From a virus: a stretch of 64,000 nt of DNA. Position numbers and translations under genes: made by a program. Positions within the stretch are counted from its first letter, which is position 1, and the number at the start of each line of letters is the position of its first letter. Shown here in pieces: positions 62,088 through 64,000 of this stretch. The notes beneath the pieces are model-generated. The model saw only the letters and a list, made by a program, of their open reading frames with translations, had not been told where the DNA came from and did no database searches. The DNA lies in the IMG/VR virus record IMGVR_UViG_3300046328_000321, positions 1 to 64,000 of that record. One strand, 5' to 3'.

Positions 62088-62915
62088 GTGTCAAATACTG
62101 ACTTACTATCGTTACCACCTCATCGAGAAAAGCAAATCGTGAAAATTCAATTTGACAACGAACAAACCTCAGTACGCCCACCTATGGATATCGATCTGTA
62201 TAACAGGTGTGTTGATAAAACAATGGAATTTCTGAACTTCAAAGAAGATCCTAAAGATAAACGCAAACTCGACAGGTACATCAAAACCAAGTTACCTAAT
62301 CTGATTAAACTTCTCACCTATCCTGAACCAGGTGCCTTTACAGCCGTCAAACTGACGATCTCAGACATGATGCATCTTAATGACGCAGGTGTCTTGAAAC
62401 ATCTGACAGAAGGATCAGCTATCGATAAAGCCAAGACTTATGTGTCTGAGTTGAAAATTATCGGAGAAGAGACTCTTGCTACAGGTAAAGTTCTACCTGT
62501 TTACTGTTATCACCCTACAGTGGAACATATGGTGAATTATTTTACCCATTGTTTCAACAACCATAAAGGTGACTTGATGGCCAGAGACCTTTTGTTCTTT
62601 AGCCCCATGGGGTTGATTAACAAAGAAGGTAATGTGTTGTCTGAACTTGAAGTAGCAGATACTATGATCTCAGGTACTTATAAACTTAACGGTAAGTGGA
62701 GAGAATTCTCATCATGGATGGTTGCTCATAATAAAACTGTTAATAATACATTCAGCAGGGTTAAATATATAAAATTGTTAAAAATGATGCTGGCCATGTT
62801 GACTATAAAGGTTATATGGGATACCAAACAAAATGATAAAATGACTGATATAAGTATTATGAACCATGTTGAGTTTATTTTATCAAGTGTAACTAAAGAC
62901 TGGTTATATGCATAA
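62088..62915 (+). CDS. Hypothetical protein
   Basis: ~260-275-aa ORF. Confidence 0.6.
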   Translation: MSNTDLLSLPPHREKQIVKIQFDNEQTSVRPPMDIDLYNRCVDKTMEFLNFKEDPKDKRKLDRYIKTKLPNLIKLLTYPEPGAFTAVKLTISDMMHLNDAGVLKHLTEGSAIDKAKTYVSELKIIGEETLATGKVLPVYCYHPTVEHMVNYFTHCFNNHKGDLMARDLLFFSPMGLINKEGNVLSELEVADTMISGTYKLNGKWREFSSWMVAHNKTVNNTFSRVKYIKLLKMMLAMLTIKVIWDTKQNDKMTDISIMNHVEFILSSVTKDWLYA

Positions 62916-63008
62916 CCCTTTCTAAAAAGACACAATCATATAAACTATAATTGGTAATCTATCTCGGATAATTTTTATTCCGAGATATTATCTAATGAAG
63001 AACAGATT

Positions 63009-63035
63009 GGGCGGATGGCGAAATAGGTAGACGCA
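63009..63035 (+). pseudogene. 5' fragment (acceptor strand + D-arm) of a disrupted Leu-type tRNA
   Basis: GGGCGGA-TG-GCGAAATAGGTAGACGC-A; acceptor partner TCTGCCC-A-CCA lies at 63971-63981. Confidence 0.75.
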
Positions 63036-63038
63036 AAA

Positions 63039-63536
63039 ATGGATAAAGAAAAACTTCTTGGATTATATCCAGGTTACACTTCTGTTTTGGGACCTTACAC
63101 AAGGCCGGACGGTAGAAAACACGTTATACTTAATAATTCTAACGCTTCTAACGGAACTAAGGGTAAGACTAAAACTATCTCTTACCCCAAAGCCTTAATG
63201 GAAGTTGAATTAAATAAGAAACTCAATCCAGATGAAACTGTCGATCACCATGACAGAGATTTCACTAACGATAACAGTATTAATTTAAAAGTGAAGACGC
63301 GCTCTTTACACGCGTCTGAAGATGCTTTACGAATTAAGGTAGAAGATATTAGATGTCCACAATGTGGAAAATATTTTACACCTAGTGTAAGTCAAAGAAA
63401 TAAAGTAAACAGTATAATTGCTGGTCCATTTTGTAGTAAACAGTGTTCCGGGTTATATGGAACAAATATTCAAAAAGGTATGCAGCCTTTTAAGAGAACA
63501 GAAATTAGAAAATATTACTATCGTAAAGATAAATAA
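63039..63536 (+). CDS. Free-standing HNH endonuclease with C-terminal zinc finger
   Basis: ETVDHHDRDFTNDNSINL....RSLH HNH motif; CPQC and FCSKQC. Confidence 0.85.
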   Translation: MDKEKLLGLYPGYTSVLGPYTRPDGRKHVILNNSNASNGTKGKTKTISYPKALMEVELNKKLNPDETVDHHDRDFTNDNSINLKVKTRSLHASEDALRIKVEDIRCPQCGKYFTPSVSQRNKVNSIIAGPFCSKQCSGLYGTNIQKGMQPFKRTEIRKYYYRKDK

Positions 63537-63559
63537 ATATTTTATTAGAGAACATTGGT

Positions 63560-63889
63560 GGCCCGCTGATGAAATTGGTAGACATAACGGAAAACCAGAA
63601 AGTTAGTCCGCCTTTACTAGTAATAGTAAAGTAAACTGTGGGTGAACTCAGGAGAATCTAAAGCGCAAGCCATGATAATCGTGAGCCAAGCTAGAAGTAC
63701 ACTTCTAGAAGGTGCAGAGACTACTGGAAAGGTAAAGTCCTTTTAATAACCAGCTAGAGCGCCCACTACCGTAATAGAATTTCTATCGGTAAAGAGATAG
63801 TCCATGTCCATTGGAAACTTTGGAACACATGCTTAAAATCCGTCGCTTCCGAAAGGAGCATTCCGGTTCGATTCCGGAGCGGGCCACCA
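63560..63889 (+). tRNA. trnL: tRNA-Leu(UAA), intron-containing (exons 63560-63591 and 63832-63889)
   Basis: Acceptor GGCCCGC/GCGGGCC, anticodon stem ACGGA/TCCGT with loop CTTAAAA, long variable arm, T-arm TCCGG-TTCGATT-CCGGA, A73 and encoded CCA. Confidence 0.88.
63592..63831 (+). mobile_element. Group I intron in tRNA-Leu
   Basis: P3 gtgggtg/cgcccac, P gaactcaggagaa, Q aatcgtgagc, R gtgcagagacta, S aagagatagtcc; terminal G at 63831. Confidence 0.85.
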
Positions 63890-63911
63890 ATGTTCTCTTC
63901 AATCTTTAATA

Positions 63912-63981
63912 CTGCTCGTAGTTAAATGGATATAAAGCTTCTAAGTTTTAGTTCCAAGTTCGATTCCCGTTCTGCCCACCA
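63912..63981 (+). pseudogene. Chimeric pseudo-tRNA: degenerate tRNA-Arg(UCU)-like 5' part joined in the T-loop to the 3' end of the broken tRNA
   Basis: gctcgtagttaaatggatataa..cttctaa..ccaagttcgattc then ccgttctgcccacca; T-stem and acceptor strands do not pair internally. Confidence 0.65.
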
Positions 63982-64000
63982 TGTATTATTGTTTATTAAT

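Noticed and set aside
63418-63606. 62-aa ORF overlapping the HNH gene end and tRNA-Leu
   Set aside because: Overlaps a structured RNA gene and another CDS; no RBS
63912-63981. Functional tRNA-Arg(UCU)
   Set aside because: D and anticodon stems are shortened, T-stem CCAAG/CCCGT is mismatched, and the acceptor strands come from different tRNAs

Overview
AT-rich segment of a phiKZ-like (Chimalliviridae-type, probably nucleus-forming) jumbo phage genome. It contains the virion RNA polymerase beta'- and beta-like subunits, a tape-measure/tail lysin, head protease, tail sheath and tube, baseplate proteins, large terminase, PhuZ tubulin, nucleotide-metabolism genes (dcd, tmk), a DHH phosphoesterase, many early hypothetical genes and the start of a tRNA region. 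Main features not visible in the ORF track: (1) the catalytic DFDGD motif of the beta'-like subunit is split by two tandem group I introns around a 6-nt micro-exon (TTCGAT = Phe-Asp); (2) a third, mosaic group I intron splits the beta-like subunit; (3) a pseudoknotted type I hammerhead ribozyme heads an unexplained ~320-nt structured ncRNA with its own promoter-like motif and terminator; (4) six dispersed genes built from shuffled 22-aa HRxDGPAxE repeats sit in promoter-gene-terminator cassettes; (5) a tRNA-Leu(UAA) with a group I intron at an atypical position is nested, with an HNH gene, inside a broken tRNA; (6) an internal Peptidase_S74-like autocleavage domain lies in the tape-measure protein; (7) an 18-codon minigene has its own expression signals. 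phiKZ gene-number equivalences come from recalled size, motif and synteny, not from a database search.
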